Below are positions 55,785-64,000 of a stretch of DNA of 64,000 bases, piece after piece. This DNA comes from Terriglobales bacterium (GTDB lineage Bacteria > Acidobacteriota > Terriglobia > Terriglobales > Acidobacteriaceae): positions 1,716 to 65,715 of the forward strand of contig DATKKJ010000054.1 in assembly GCA_035543055.1 (NCBI GenBank), read 5' to 3'. The notes under the pieces are model-generated. The model was given only the letters and a program-made list of their open reading frames with translations. It was not told the DNA's origin and made no database searches. Positions within the stretch are counted from its first letter, which is position 1; each line of letters opens with the position of its first letter. A program made the position numbers and the translations under genes.

Positions 55785-57461
55785 GTGCTGCTGGAACTGC
55801 GCGTCGAAAACTATGCGGTGATCGACAACGTGGCGGTGGAGTTCGGCCCGGGGCTGAACCTGCTGACCGGCGAGACCGGCGCCGGCAAGTCCATCCTCAT
55901 TGACGCCCTGGCGTTGCTGCTGGGAGAGAAAGCCTCGACCGACGTGGTCCGGCACGGCGCGGACAAGGCGGTGATCTCGGCCGTCATCGAGTTCGAGGGC
56001 ACGCGCATCCCCTCCGTCCTGCAGGAACACGGCATCGATTGCGACGGCACGGAGCTCATCCTGCGGCGGGAGATCGGGGCTAAAGGCCGCGTCTTCCTCA
56101 ACAACCAGCCGGCCACGGTGGCATTGCTCAAGGAACTGGCTCCGGAACTGGCGTCGGTGCATGCGCAGAGCGAGTCCATCGTTGGCTTCGATGCCGCCGC
56201 CCGCCTGGAACTGCTGGATCTCTACGCCGGGGTCGATACCGCGGATGCTGCGGAGGCCTTCCGCAGGTGGCGCGCTATCCGTGAGCGCATCGCCGACCTG
56301 GAGCGCAGCGAGCAGGACCGCATGCGCCTGGTGGACCTGTGGAGTTTCCAGAAGAAGGAGATCGAGTCGGCGAAGCTCGAGATCGGCGAAGACGAGCGCC
56401 TGGAGAGCGAGAAGCGCGTCCTGGCCAATGCGGAGAAGATCCACGCCGCCGCCATGGGCGCCTACGAATCGCTGTATGAGTCGGACGCCTCGGCGGCGAC
56501 GCTGATGCGGTCGGCGGTGCGGCAGATCGAAGAGCTGGCCCGCTACGACGGCAAGTTCCAGGAGATTGTGTCGTCGCTGGAGTCGGCGCGGGCGACGGTG
56601 GAGGACGTTAGCGTCACCCTCCGGGATTACGCCGGCGGGATCGACGCCTCGCCGGAGCGCCTGGCGGAGATCGAGGACCGTTTGGCGTTGCTCGACCGGC
56701 TGAAACGCAAGTACGGACAGTCGCTGGAAGAGGTCCTCGCGTTCGGCGCCGAAGCGGCGCGCAAGTTGAACGAGGTCGAGAACCGCGATCAGGTGCTCGC
56801 CGAATTGCGGCGCGAGCTGGCCGAAGCTGCCCGTCATTACCTGACGACAGCGCGTAGCATCTCGAGGAAGCGTTACGAGGCCGCCCGCAAGTTGGAGAAA
56901 CTGGTGGAGACCGCGGCCAACGAGCTGGCTATGAAGGCCAGGTTCCGGATCGAGGTCTCCGGCTCCGACGAGGAAGGGAACTGGTCGGCGAGCGGCTTCG
57001 ACCAGGTCGCCTACCTCATCTCCACGAATCCCGGGGAGCCCCTGCAGCCCATCGAACGGATCGCATCCGGCGGGGAGCTGTCGCGGGTGCTGCTGGCGCT
57101 GAAGGCGACGGTGGAGACCGCGACTGTGGGCAAGCGCCGCGGCAAGGTGCAGCGCACATTGGTCTTCGACGAGATCGACAACGGCATCGGAGGGCGGGCG
57201 GCGGAGGCCGTCGGCAAGAAGCTGAAATCGCTGGCCCGCTCCAACCAGGTGCTCTGCATCACCCACCTGCCGCAGATCGCCGCCTTCGCCGACCTGCACC
57301 TGCTGATCCAGAAGAAGGAGGCTCAAGGGCGGGTGAGGACCAGCGTCCGGCGCCTCACTGCCGAAGAGCGCACCGACGAGCTGGCGCGCATGCTGAGCGG
57401 CGCGAAGCTGACCGAAACCTCGCGCAAGCACGCCGAGCAGCTGCTGAAGGCGAATGCATGA
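55785..57461 (+). CDS. recN: DNA repair protein RecN
   Basis: Track ORF trimmed to a GTG start (VLLELRVENYAVID). Walker A motif GETGAGKS. 558 aa, typical RecN length. Confidence 0.92.
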   Translation: MLLELRVENYAVIDNVAVEFGPGLNLLTGETGAGKSILIDALALLLGEKASTDVVRHGADKAVISAVIEFEGTRIPSVLQEHGIDCDGTELILRREIGAKGRVFLNNQPATVALLKELAPELASVHAQSESIVGFDAAARLELLDLYAGVDTADAAEAFRRWRAIRERIADLERSEQDRMRLVDLWSFQKKEIESAKLEIGEDERLESEKRVLANAEKIHAAAMGAYESLYESDASAATLMRSAVRQIEELARYDGKFQEIVSSLESARATVEDVSVTLRDYAGGIDASPERLAEIEDRLALLDRLKRKYGQSLEEVLAFGAEAARKLNEVENRDQVLAELRRELAEAARHYLTTARSISRKRYEAARKLEKLVETAANELAMKARFRIEVSGSDEEGNWSASGFDQVAYLISTNPGEPLQPIERIASGGELSRVLLALKATVETATVGKRRGKVQRTLVFDEIDNGIGGRAAEAVGKKLKSLARSNQVLCITHLPQIAAFADLHLLIQKKEAQGRVRTSVRRLTAEERTDELARMLSGAKLTETSRKHAEQLLKANA

Positions 57462-57598
57462 CCCATACCTGATTCGGGGCACCTAACCACCGGTGCTAAT
57501 CCTTGCAGTTTCTACGGCTTAGGCTCCGGAAGAATCCAAAGTGATACAACTTTGCATCTGTAGGTCAAGAAGGTTCCGGTATACTGAAGTGGAATCAG

Positions 57599-58573
57599 AT
57601 GAGTCCTTCCCAAAGAGGTAAGGAGTTACTGCTGCTAAAGCCCCGGGGCTTCTGTGCGGGGGTGGTGCGCGCGATCGACATTGTGCGCATAGCCCTGGAA
57701 ACCTTCGGTCCGCCCATCTACGTTCGCAAAGAGATCGTCCATAACCGCTACGTGGTCGAGGAGTTAACGGCCAAGGGCGCCATCTTCGTGGACAGCGTGG
57801 AAGAGGTTCCGGAGGGCGAACGCGTGATCTACAGCGCCCATGGCGTATCCCCCGAGGTTCGGGATGGCAGCAAGCTCCGGGGTCTGCGTGTGGTTGACGC
57901 CACCTGCCCGCTCGTCACCAAGGTGCACGTGGAGGCGGTCAAGTACGCCCGGGAAGGCTATAGCATCATCCTCATCGGCCACCGCGACCACGATGAGGTC
58001 ATCGGCACGTTGGGTGAGGCGCCCGAGGTCACCCAGGTGGTGGGTTCGCCGGAACAGGTGGAGACGCTGGTGGTTCCCGATCCAAGCCGGGTCGCCTACC
58101 TGACCCAGACCACCCTCAGCCTGGACGAGACCGCCGACATCATCGCGGCGCTGAAGAAGAAGTTCCCCGCCATCGAGGGCCCGGCAGCTTCCGACATCTG
58201 CTACGCCACCCAGAACCGCCAGACGGCGGTCAAAGAAGTGGCCCACCAGACCAGGCTGCTGCTGGTGGTCGGATCCGACAACAGCTCGAATTCCAACCGC
58301 CTCGTGGAAGTGGCGCGGAACGAGGGAACACCCTCGTACCTGATCGAGAACTACAAGGCGATCGACCCCAGGTGGCTGGAAGGGATTGAGACGGTGACGC
58401 TAACGGCGGGAGCTTCGGCCCCCGAATGCCTGGTCGAGGAGGTCGTGTCCTACCTCGCGCAAGCCGGGTTCGATAACGTCCGCGAGATCGAGGTCATGCC
58501 GGAGAACGTGCGCTTCGGCCTGCCTCCTGAGATCGTGGAAGCCATTGCCCCGGCGGCGGCGAGCACGGAGTAA
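57599..58573 (+). CDS. ispH: 4-hydroxy-3-methylbut-2-enyl diphosphate reductase
   Basis: 324 aa with full-length IspH/LytB similarity (PRGFCAGV, VHN, SSNSNRL). Confidence 0.95.
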   Translation: MSPSQRGKELLLLKPRGFCAGVVRAIDIVRIALETFGPPIYVRKEIVHNRYVVEELTAKGAIFVDSVEEVPEGERVIYSAHGVSPEVRDGSKLRGLRVVDATCPLVTKVHVEAVKYAREGYSIILIGHRDHDEVIGTLGEAPEVTQVVGSPEQVETLVVPDPSRVAYLTQTTLSLDETADIIAALKKKFPAIEGPAASDICYATQNRQTAVKEVAHQTRLLLVVGSDNSSNSNRLVEVARNEGTPSYLIENYKAIDPRWLEGIETVTLTAGASAPECLVEEVVSYLAQAGFDNVREIEVMPENVRFGLPPEIVEAIAPAAASTE

Positions 58574-58581
58574 GAGTTCGC

Positions 58582-60576
58582 ATGCAAAACTCCCCCGGCG
58601 GGCCGCCACGGTCCGCTCCCATGATCTTCGGCAAGATCGACGGCCTGATGTCGCGCGTCGCCGCCGCCCTGGACGCTGTACGCGGGCATTTCTTCCGCCA
58701 GCAGCACGAGGAAGGCTACTGGTGCGGCGAGCTGGAAGCCGATACCACCCTTGAGTCCGATTACATCCTGCTGCACGCGCTCTTGGGCACGGGCGATCCC
58801 CGGCGCATCGAGAAGGCCGCCAATCAAATCCTGAAGCACCAGAATGAGGATGGCGGCTGGGGTATCTACCACGGGGCGCCTTCCAGCGTGAGCGCCTCGG
58901 TCAAAGCGTACTTCGGGTTGAAGCTGGCGGGGTACACGGCAGACCATCCGGCGTTGGCGCGTGCCCGGCACAAGATCCTGGAGCTGGGCGGCGTCACCGA
59001 GGTCAACACCTTCACCAAGATCTACCTCTGCTTCTTCGGGCAGTACGACTACGACGCGGTGCCGGCGGTGCCCCCGGAGATCGTGCTGTTCCCCAACTGG
59101 TTCTGGTTCAACCTCTACGAGATTTCCTCCTGGTCGCGGGGCATCCTGGTGCCGCTGGCCATCGCCTACGCCAAGAAGCCGTTCAAGAAGGTCCCGCCGG
59201 AGATGGGCGTCGCCGAGCTGTTCGTCGGCGGCCGCAGCCGCAAGAACATGCGCCTCCACTGGGACAAGAAGCTGGTGAGCTGGCGGAATTTCTTCCTGGT
59301 GTTGGACCGCATCACCCACTGGTTCGAGATGGTGCACGTGCGCCCGCTGCGCTCCATGGCCATCCGCAAGGCGGAAAAGTGGCTGCTGGAACGCTTCGAG
59401 ATGAGCGACGGCCTGGGCGCCATCTACCCGGCGATGATGAACTCCATCATCGCCCTGCGCTGCCTGGGGTACTCGCTCGACGACCCCCAGCTCATCCGCG
59501 CCATGGACGAATTCGAGAAGCTGGGTATCGAGGAGGAGGACACCTTCCGCATGCAGCCTTGCATGTCGCCGGTCTGGGACACCGCCTACGGCGCCTTTGC
59601 CCTGGCCGAGAGCGGCGTCTCGCGCGACGATCCCCGCCTGGTGAAGGCCATCGATTGGCTGCTCAAGAAGCAGGTGACGCAGCGCGGCGACTGGTATGTC
59701 AAGAACAAGAACACCTCCCCGGGCGGCTGGTACTTCGAATTCAACAACGAATATTACCCGGATGTCGACGACACCGCGCAAGTGCTGCTGGCGCTTTCGC
59801 GCGTAGACCATCCCGACGAGAGCTACCAGCTGAAGTCCACCAAGCGTGCCATGGACTGGCTGCTTGCGATGCAGTGCAAGAAGGGCGGATGGGCGTCGTT
59901 CGACCGCGACAACGAAAAAATGGTCTTCCAGTACATCCCCTTCGCCGACCACAATGCCATGCTCGATCCACCCACGGTGGACATCACCGGCCGCGTGCTG
60001 GAGATGCTGGCGGCGTATGGCTACACCCGGCAGGATGCGGTAGTGCACCGGGGCATCGAGTTCATCAAGCGCGAGCAGGAGCCTGACGGCTCCTGGTTCG
60101 GGCGCTGGGGCGTCAATTATCTCTACGGCACCATGCAGGTGCTGCGCGGCCTGGAGGCCATCGGCGAGGACACCCACGAGGCCTACATCCAGCAGGCGGC
60201 GGAGTGGATCCGCTCCGTCCAGAATCCCGACGGCGGCTGGGGCGAGACCTGCGGATCGTACGACGATCCCGCCACCAAGGGCGTGGGACCCAGCACGCCC
60301 TCGCAGACGGCATGGGCCATCCTCGGGCTGCTGGCGGCCGACGACACGCGCAGCGACTCGCTGACCCGCGGTATCGCTTATCTGCTTCGCACCCAGCAGA
60401 AGGACGGGTCGTGGCATGTTCCCGACTATACGGGCACGGGCTTCCCCCGGGTCTTCTACCTCAAGTATCACCTTTACGAGATCTACTTCCCGCTGCTGGC
60501 CCTGACCACCTATCACCGGGTCTTTTCCGCCCTGCAGGAGAACGGGACCAGCGCGCGGCCGTTGAACGAGGAGTAA
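58582..60576 (+). CDS. shc: squalene-hopene cyclase
   Basis: 664 aa with the DVDDTA (DxDD) motif and multiple QW repeats (QNEDGGWG, QNPDGGWG, QQKDGSW). Confidence 0.96.
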   Translation: MQNSPGGPPRSAPMIFGKIDGLMSRVAAALDAVRGHFFRQQHEEGYWCGELEADTTLESDYILLHALLGTGDPRRIEKAANQILKHQNEDGGWGIYHGAPSSVSASVKAYFGLKLAGYTADHPALARARHKILELGGVTEVNTFTKIYLCFFGQYDYDAVPAVPPEIVLFPNWFWFNLYEISSWSRGILVPLAIAYAKKPFKKVPPEMGVAELFVGGRSRKNMRLHWDKKLVSWRNFFLVLDRITHWFEMVHVRPLRSMAIRKAEKWLLERFEMSDGLGAIYPAMMNSIIALRCLGYSLDDPQLIRAMDEFEKLGIEEEDTFRMQPCMSPVWDTAYGAFALAESGVSRDDPRLVKAIDWLLKKQVTQRGDWYVKNKNTSPGGWYFEFNNEYYPDVDDTAQVLLALSRVDHPDESYQLKSTKRAMDWLLAMQCKKGGWASFDRDNEKMVFQYIPFADHNAMLDPPTVDITGRVLEMLAAYGYTRQDAVVHRGIEFIKREQEPDGSWFGRWGVNYLYGTMQVLRGLEAIGEDTHEAYIQQAAEWIRSVQNPDGGWGETCGSYDDPATKGVGPSTPSQTAWAILGLLAADDTRSDSLTRGIAYLLRTQQKDGSWHVPDYTGTGFPRVFYLKYHLYEIYFPLLALTTYHRVFSALQENGTSARPLNEE

Positions 60577-60579
60577 GGA

Positions 60580-61701
60580 TTGCCGGTACCCATTTCCCAG
60601 ATGTGGACGGTTGCCAGCTATGTGCTGCGGCAGAAGCTGCAGGGCCGCACGCGCTACCCGCTGGTGTTGATGCTGGAGCCCCTGTTCCGCTGCAACCTGG
60701 CATGCGCCGGCTGCGGCAAGATCCAGTATCCCAGCCACGTCCTGCGGATGCAGCTGACTCCCGAGGAATGCTTCCGGGCGGTGGAGGAATGCGGCGCCCC
60801 GACCGTGGCGGTTCCGGGCGGAGAACCCCTGCTCCATCCCCAGATCGGCGAGATCATTGAAGGCCTGGTGGCCCGCAAGAAGTACGTCTATCTCTGCACC
60901 AACGCGCTGCTGCTGAAGCAGAAGATCCACCTGTTCACGCCCAGCAAGTACCTGACTTTCTCGGTCCACCTCGACGGGGAGCGCGAGAACCACGACTTCT
61001 CGGTCTGCCTGGAGGGCGGTTACGACAAGGCTATCGAGGGGATCAAGGAGGCCCTGGCCCGCGGCTTCCGCGTCACCACCAACACGACCTTGTTCGACGG
61101 CGCCGACCCCAAGAGCGTGCGCCAGTTCTTCGACCAGATGATGGAGCTGGGCATCGAGGGCATGATGCTCTCGCCCGGCTATTCGTACGAGAAGGCCCCC
61201 GACCAGCATCACTTCCTGGGCCGGGCGCGGACCCGGCGGTTGTTCCGCGCCATCCTCTCGAACCGCAAGCCGGACTGGCGCTTCAACATGTCGCCCCTGT
61301 TCCTGGAATTCCTGATGGGCAAGCGGGATTACGCCTGCACCCCCTGGGGCATGCCGACCTATAACGTCTTCGGCTGGCAAAAGCCGTGCTACCTGATGCA
61401 GGACGGCTATGCCGAATCCTTCGCTGAGCTCCTGGAAACGACCGAGTGGGAGCACTACGGGACCGAGTCGGGCAATTCGAAGTGCGCCAATTGCATGGTG
61501 CACAGCGGATACGAAGCTTCGGCGGTCAACGACACCTTCGGCTCGCTGCGCGGGTTCTGGGCGACGGTGAAAGCCACTTTTTCCCATGACTATGGCGATC
61601 CCGAGGCGCTCGAACTACTGAAGCAGCCGGTAAAACCGGTGCACTCGTTCAACCCGCTGGTGCAGATCGAGGAGCCGGTGGCCCAGGAGACGCGGCTGTG
61701 A
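60580..61701 (+). CDS. hpnH: adenosyl-hopene transferase HpnH (radical SAM)
   Basis: 373 aa with a TTG start. Radical-SAM motif CNLACAGCG. Lies in a hopanoid context. Confidence 0.92.
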   Translation: MPVPISQMWTVASYVLRQKLQGRTRYPLVLMLEPLFRCNLACAGCGKIQYPSHVLRMQLTPEECFRAVEECGAPTVAVPGGEPLLHPQIGEIIEGLVARKKYVYLCTNALLLKQKIHLFTPSKYLTFSVHLDGERENHDFSVCLEGGYDKAIEGIKEALARGFRVTTNTTLFDGADPKSVRQFFDQMMELGIEGMMLSPGYSYEKAPDQHHFLGRARTRRLFRAILSNRKPDWRFNMSPLFLEFLMGKRDYACTPWGMPTYNVFGWQKPCYLMQDGYAESFAELLETTEWEHYGTESGNSKCANCMVHSGYEASAVNDTFGSLRGFWATVKATFSHDYGDPEALELLKQPVKPVHSFNPLVQIEEPVAQETRL

Positions 61702-62123
61702 GCGGCAGGGAATCAGGACGCGAACTGGATCCTCAGATGCTGGAAGTTGTGCCCGGCTCCCAGCGCCAGGCCATCGAAGGCTGGGTCCCGGAACTGGCTT
61801 CGGACCAGGACCTTCGGTCCGCCCTGGAGCAGGCCTTCAGTTATCGCGGCGACGTCAAGATCACGCGCAAAGACGGCTCGGAGATCGAAGGCTATGTTTT
61901 CGATCGGCGGATGGGCCGCACTCTGGCAGCGTCCAGCGTTCGTCTGATCGCCAGAGCCGATGGCAGCAAGGTTTCCGTGTCCTTCGCCGATGTCGCGCGG
62001 CTGGTCTTTTCCGGCCGCGACATGGCCGCCGGCAAGAGCTGGGAATCCTGGGTCAAACAGTACTGGGAGCGGCGGGAGGCGGGGGAGAAGAACATCTCCC
62101 TGCAGCCCCAGGAGATCGACTAG
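61698..62123 (+). CDS. hypothetical protein embedded in hopanoid operon
   Basis: 141 aa with a GTGA overlap with the hpnH stop. High GC3 by inspection. No family recognised. Confidence 0.55.
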   Translation: MSGRESGRELDPQMLEVVPGSQRQAIEGWVPELASDQDLRSALEQAFSYRGDVKITRKDGSEIEGYVFDRRMGRTLAASSVRLIARADGSKVSVSFADVARLVFSGRDMAAGKSWESWVKQYWERREAGEKNISLQPQEID

Positions 62124-62138
62124 CGCCGTTGTGCGCTT

Positions 62139-63125
62139 ATGAAGGTCTTTGTCACAGGAGCGACCGGCTTCGTAGGAAGCCACGTCGCGCGCGCTCTTTC
62201 TCAACAAGGGGCAGAGCTTCGCCTGCTGGTACGCAAGACCAGCCGCTGCGATCTCATCGACTCGCTGCCGGCGGAGCGGGTCATCGGTGACCTGCGGCAG
62301 CCGGAGACGCTCCGCGCGGCGATCGAGGGCTGCGAGATGGCCTTCCACGTGGCGGCGGACTACCGCCTGTGGGTGCCGGACGCGGACGAGATGTATCGCT
62401 CCAACGTGGAGGGGACCCGGGCCCTGATCCAGATGGCGCGGGCCGCCGGGGTGCGGCGTATCGTGTACACCTCGACGGTGGCGACCATGGGCTTCACCAC
62501 CAACGGGCGCCCGGCGGACGAAGAGTCGCCGGTCGCGCTGGCCGACATGATCGGCCACTACAAGCGGTCCAAGTTCATGGCCGAGCAGGTCGCGCTGGAA
62601 GCCGGGCGCAGCGGAGTGGACGTGGTCGTGGTGAATCCGACGGCGCCGATCGGGGAGCAGGACATCAAGCCCACGCCCACCGGCCGGATCGTGGTCGATT
62701 TCTTGAAAAAGAAGTTCCCGGCCTATGTCGACACCGGGATGAATCTGGTGGACGTGGCCGAGGTCGCGAAGGGACATGTGCTGGCGGCGGAAAAGGCGCG
62801 CCCCGGAGAACGCTACATCCTGGGCGGCGAGAACCTGACGCTCAAGCAGATCCTGGACAAGCTGGCCGGCATCACCGGCTTGCCCTCGCCCAAGGTGAAG
62901 CTGCCGTATGCGATGGCGCTGGCCACGGGTGCGGTCGATACCCTGGTCACCGGTCGATTGTTGAGGCGCGAGCCGCGAGTGACCCTGGACGCGGTGCGCA
63001 TGGGCCGCAAGAGGATGTTCGCCTCTTCCGCGAAAGCGGAGCGCGAGCTAGGTTGGAAAGTCACGCCGGTGGGCGATGCCCTGCGGCGTGCCGTCGAGTG
63101 GTTCCGGAAGAATGGCTATGCCTAA
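62139..63125 (+). CDS. hpnA: hopanoid-associated sugar epimerase HpnA (SDR family)
   Basis: 328 aa with motifs VTGATGFVGSHV and YKRSK. Confidence 0.85.
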   Translation: MKVFVTGATGFVGSHVARALSQQGAELRLLVRKTSRCDLIDSLPAERVIGDLRQPETLRAAIEGCEMAFHVAADYRLWVPDADEMYRSNVEGTRALIQMARAAGVRRIVYTSTVATMGFTTNGRPADEESPVALADMIGHYKRSKFMAEQVALEAGRSGVDVVVVNPTAPIGEQDIKPTPTGRIVVDFLKKKFPAYVDTGMNLVDVAEVAKGHVLAAEKARPGERYILGGENLTLKQILDKLAGITGLPSPKVKLPYAMALATGAVDTLVTGRLLRREPRVTLDAVRMGRKRMFASSAKAERELGWKVTPVGDALRRAVEWFRKNGYA

Positions 63126-63834
63126 GGTCGGCATCATCGCCGCCATGGAGCGGGAGGTTGCGGGGCTGGTCAGGCCCTGGCACAGCGGCCTGGTCGAATC
63201 GCGGGGCAGGCGCTGGAAGGCATTCCAGACGCATCGCGCGGTGCTGGTGTGCTCGGGCATCGGCGCGCTGGCCGCGGGGCGCGCAGCCGAGGCGGTCGCC
63301 GGCATGGGCGTGGAGGTGCTCATCTCCGCCGGCTTTGCCGGGGCCCTGGTGCCGGGCATGCGGGCAGGCGGTCCGCTCACTCCGGAGGTCGTGGTTGACG
63401 CCGAAACCGGCGCGCGCTTCCGCGCCATCTTCGGCGGAGGGACGCTGGTCAGCGCCGGCCGCGTGGCTGGCGAGCAAGAGAAATTGGAACTGGCCCACCG
63501 CTACGACGCCCAGGGCGTGGACATGGAGGCGGCGACGGTGGCGGGCGTGGCGGAACGGCACGGGTGCAGTTTCTTGGCAGTGAAGGCGATTTCCGACACG
63601 CTGGAGGCCGTCTTGCCGCCGGTCGAGCCGTTCATTGACGACGAGGGCCAGTTCCGTGCCGCGCCGTTCTTGGCTCACGTCGCTGTCCGGCCGCATTTGT
63701 GGCGCAGCGTGGCCCGCCTGGCCGCCAACCAGCGCAGGGCCGCACAGACCATTTGCGGCGTGCTGGATGCCATCCTGCAGGTCGAAGACCTGCGCAGCGT
63801 GCGCAAGCTGAAGCCGAGTTTCAGGGTGTTCTAG
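63118..63834 (+). CDS. hpnG: hopanoid-associated phosphorylase HpnG (PNP/MTAN-like)
   Basis: Track ORF trimmed to MPKVGIIAAMEREV. PNP_UDP-like fold. Overlaps the hpnA stop. Confidence 0.8.
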   Translation: MPKVGIIAAMEREVAGLVRPWHSGLVESRGRRWKAFQTHRAVLVCSGIGALAAGRAAEAVAGMGVEVLISAGFAGALVPGMRAGGPLTPEVVVDAETGARFRAIFGGGTLVSAGRVAGEQEKLELAHRYDAQGVDMEAATVAGVAERHGCSFLAVKAISDTLEAVLPPVEPFIDDEGQFRAAPFLAHVAVRPHLWRSVARLAANQRRAAQTICGVLDAILQVEDLRSVRKLKPSFRVF

Positions 63835-64000
63835 ATGCCCGTCGCTCTCCAATCCGGCAAAAGCACCGGCCAGAAGGCGGTGCCCGCGACCATGCTGGCC
63901 GCGGTGTATCGCGGCAAGGACGAAGTGCGCATGGAGACCGTCCCGGTCCCGGAGATCGGGGCTGGCGAACTGCTCATCCGCGTCCACACCTGCGGCATCT
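63835..64000 (+). CDS. zinc-type alcohol dehydrogenase family protein (5' fragment, runs off window)
   Basis: The ATG directly follows the hpnG stop. Manual translation: MPVALQSGKSTGQKAVPATMLAAVYRGKDEVRMETVPVPEIGAGELLIRVHTCGI. Confidence 0.6.
   Translation, partial: MPVALQSGKSTGQKAVPATMLAAVYRGKDEVRMETVPVPEIGAGELLIRVHTCGI

Noticed and set aside
58450-61587. 1045-aa minus-strand ORF spanning shc and hpnH.
   Set aside because: A shadow ORF opposite two clearly identified hopanoid genes, with low-complexity Arg/Gly/Ala/Leu composition.

Overview
This is a high-GC (roughly 65%) bacterial chromosomal window with dense coding on both strands. I saw no rRNA, CRISPR array, transposase or phage genes. 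Gene content and the intergenic repeat families suggest an Acidobacteriota-like genome, but that is inference only.

Recognisable content:
- Glycolysis: eno, gpmI.
- groES-groEL with a perfect CIRCE operator.
- secA, sodC, recN, and tRNA-Arg(CCT).
- A complete tol-pal cluster (tolQ, tolR, tolA-like, tolB, pal, cpoB).
- A tight hopanoid operon (ispH-shc-hpnH-orf-hpnA-hpnG).
- Overlapping xerD-xerC.
- A sigma54-type two-component pair, a Ser/Thr kinase and two PilZ proteins.
- Assorted secreted and peptidase genes.

Most interesting candidate: a four-gene minus-strand operon at 21865-25841. It encodes:
- a membrane-anchored GcvH-like protein without the lipoyl-lysine;
- a 4x[4Fe-4S] protein without a Tat signal;
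- an NrfD-type quinone-interacting membrane subunit;
- a glutamate-dehydrogenase-fold protein that keeps its Rossmann motif but has all four key catalytic or substrate-binding residues substituted.
No conventional catalytic subunit is present.

Other notable signals:
- A dispersed GTGA-N6-TCAC operator motif in at least six promoter regions, two of them perfect TGTGA-N6-TCACA.
- A roughly 350-nt non-coding plus-strand region ending in a strong intrinsic terminator just upstream of a small 2Fe-2S protein gene.
- A tandem roughly 129-bp duplication that re-copies the 3' end of tRNA-Arg.
- Degenerate heptamer and nonamer tandem arrays at gene boundaries.
- MITE/REP-like hairpin repeats.
- A low-GC gene for a plant-type LRR protein appended to a two-component operon.
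- An acyl-AMP ligase-ACP-PlsC tri-domain fusion.

All functional calls come from by-eye motif recognition. No database search was run.
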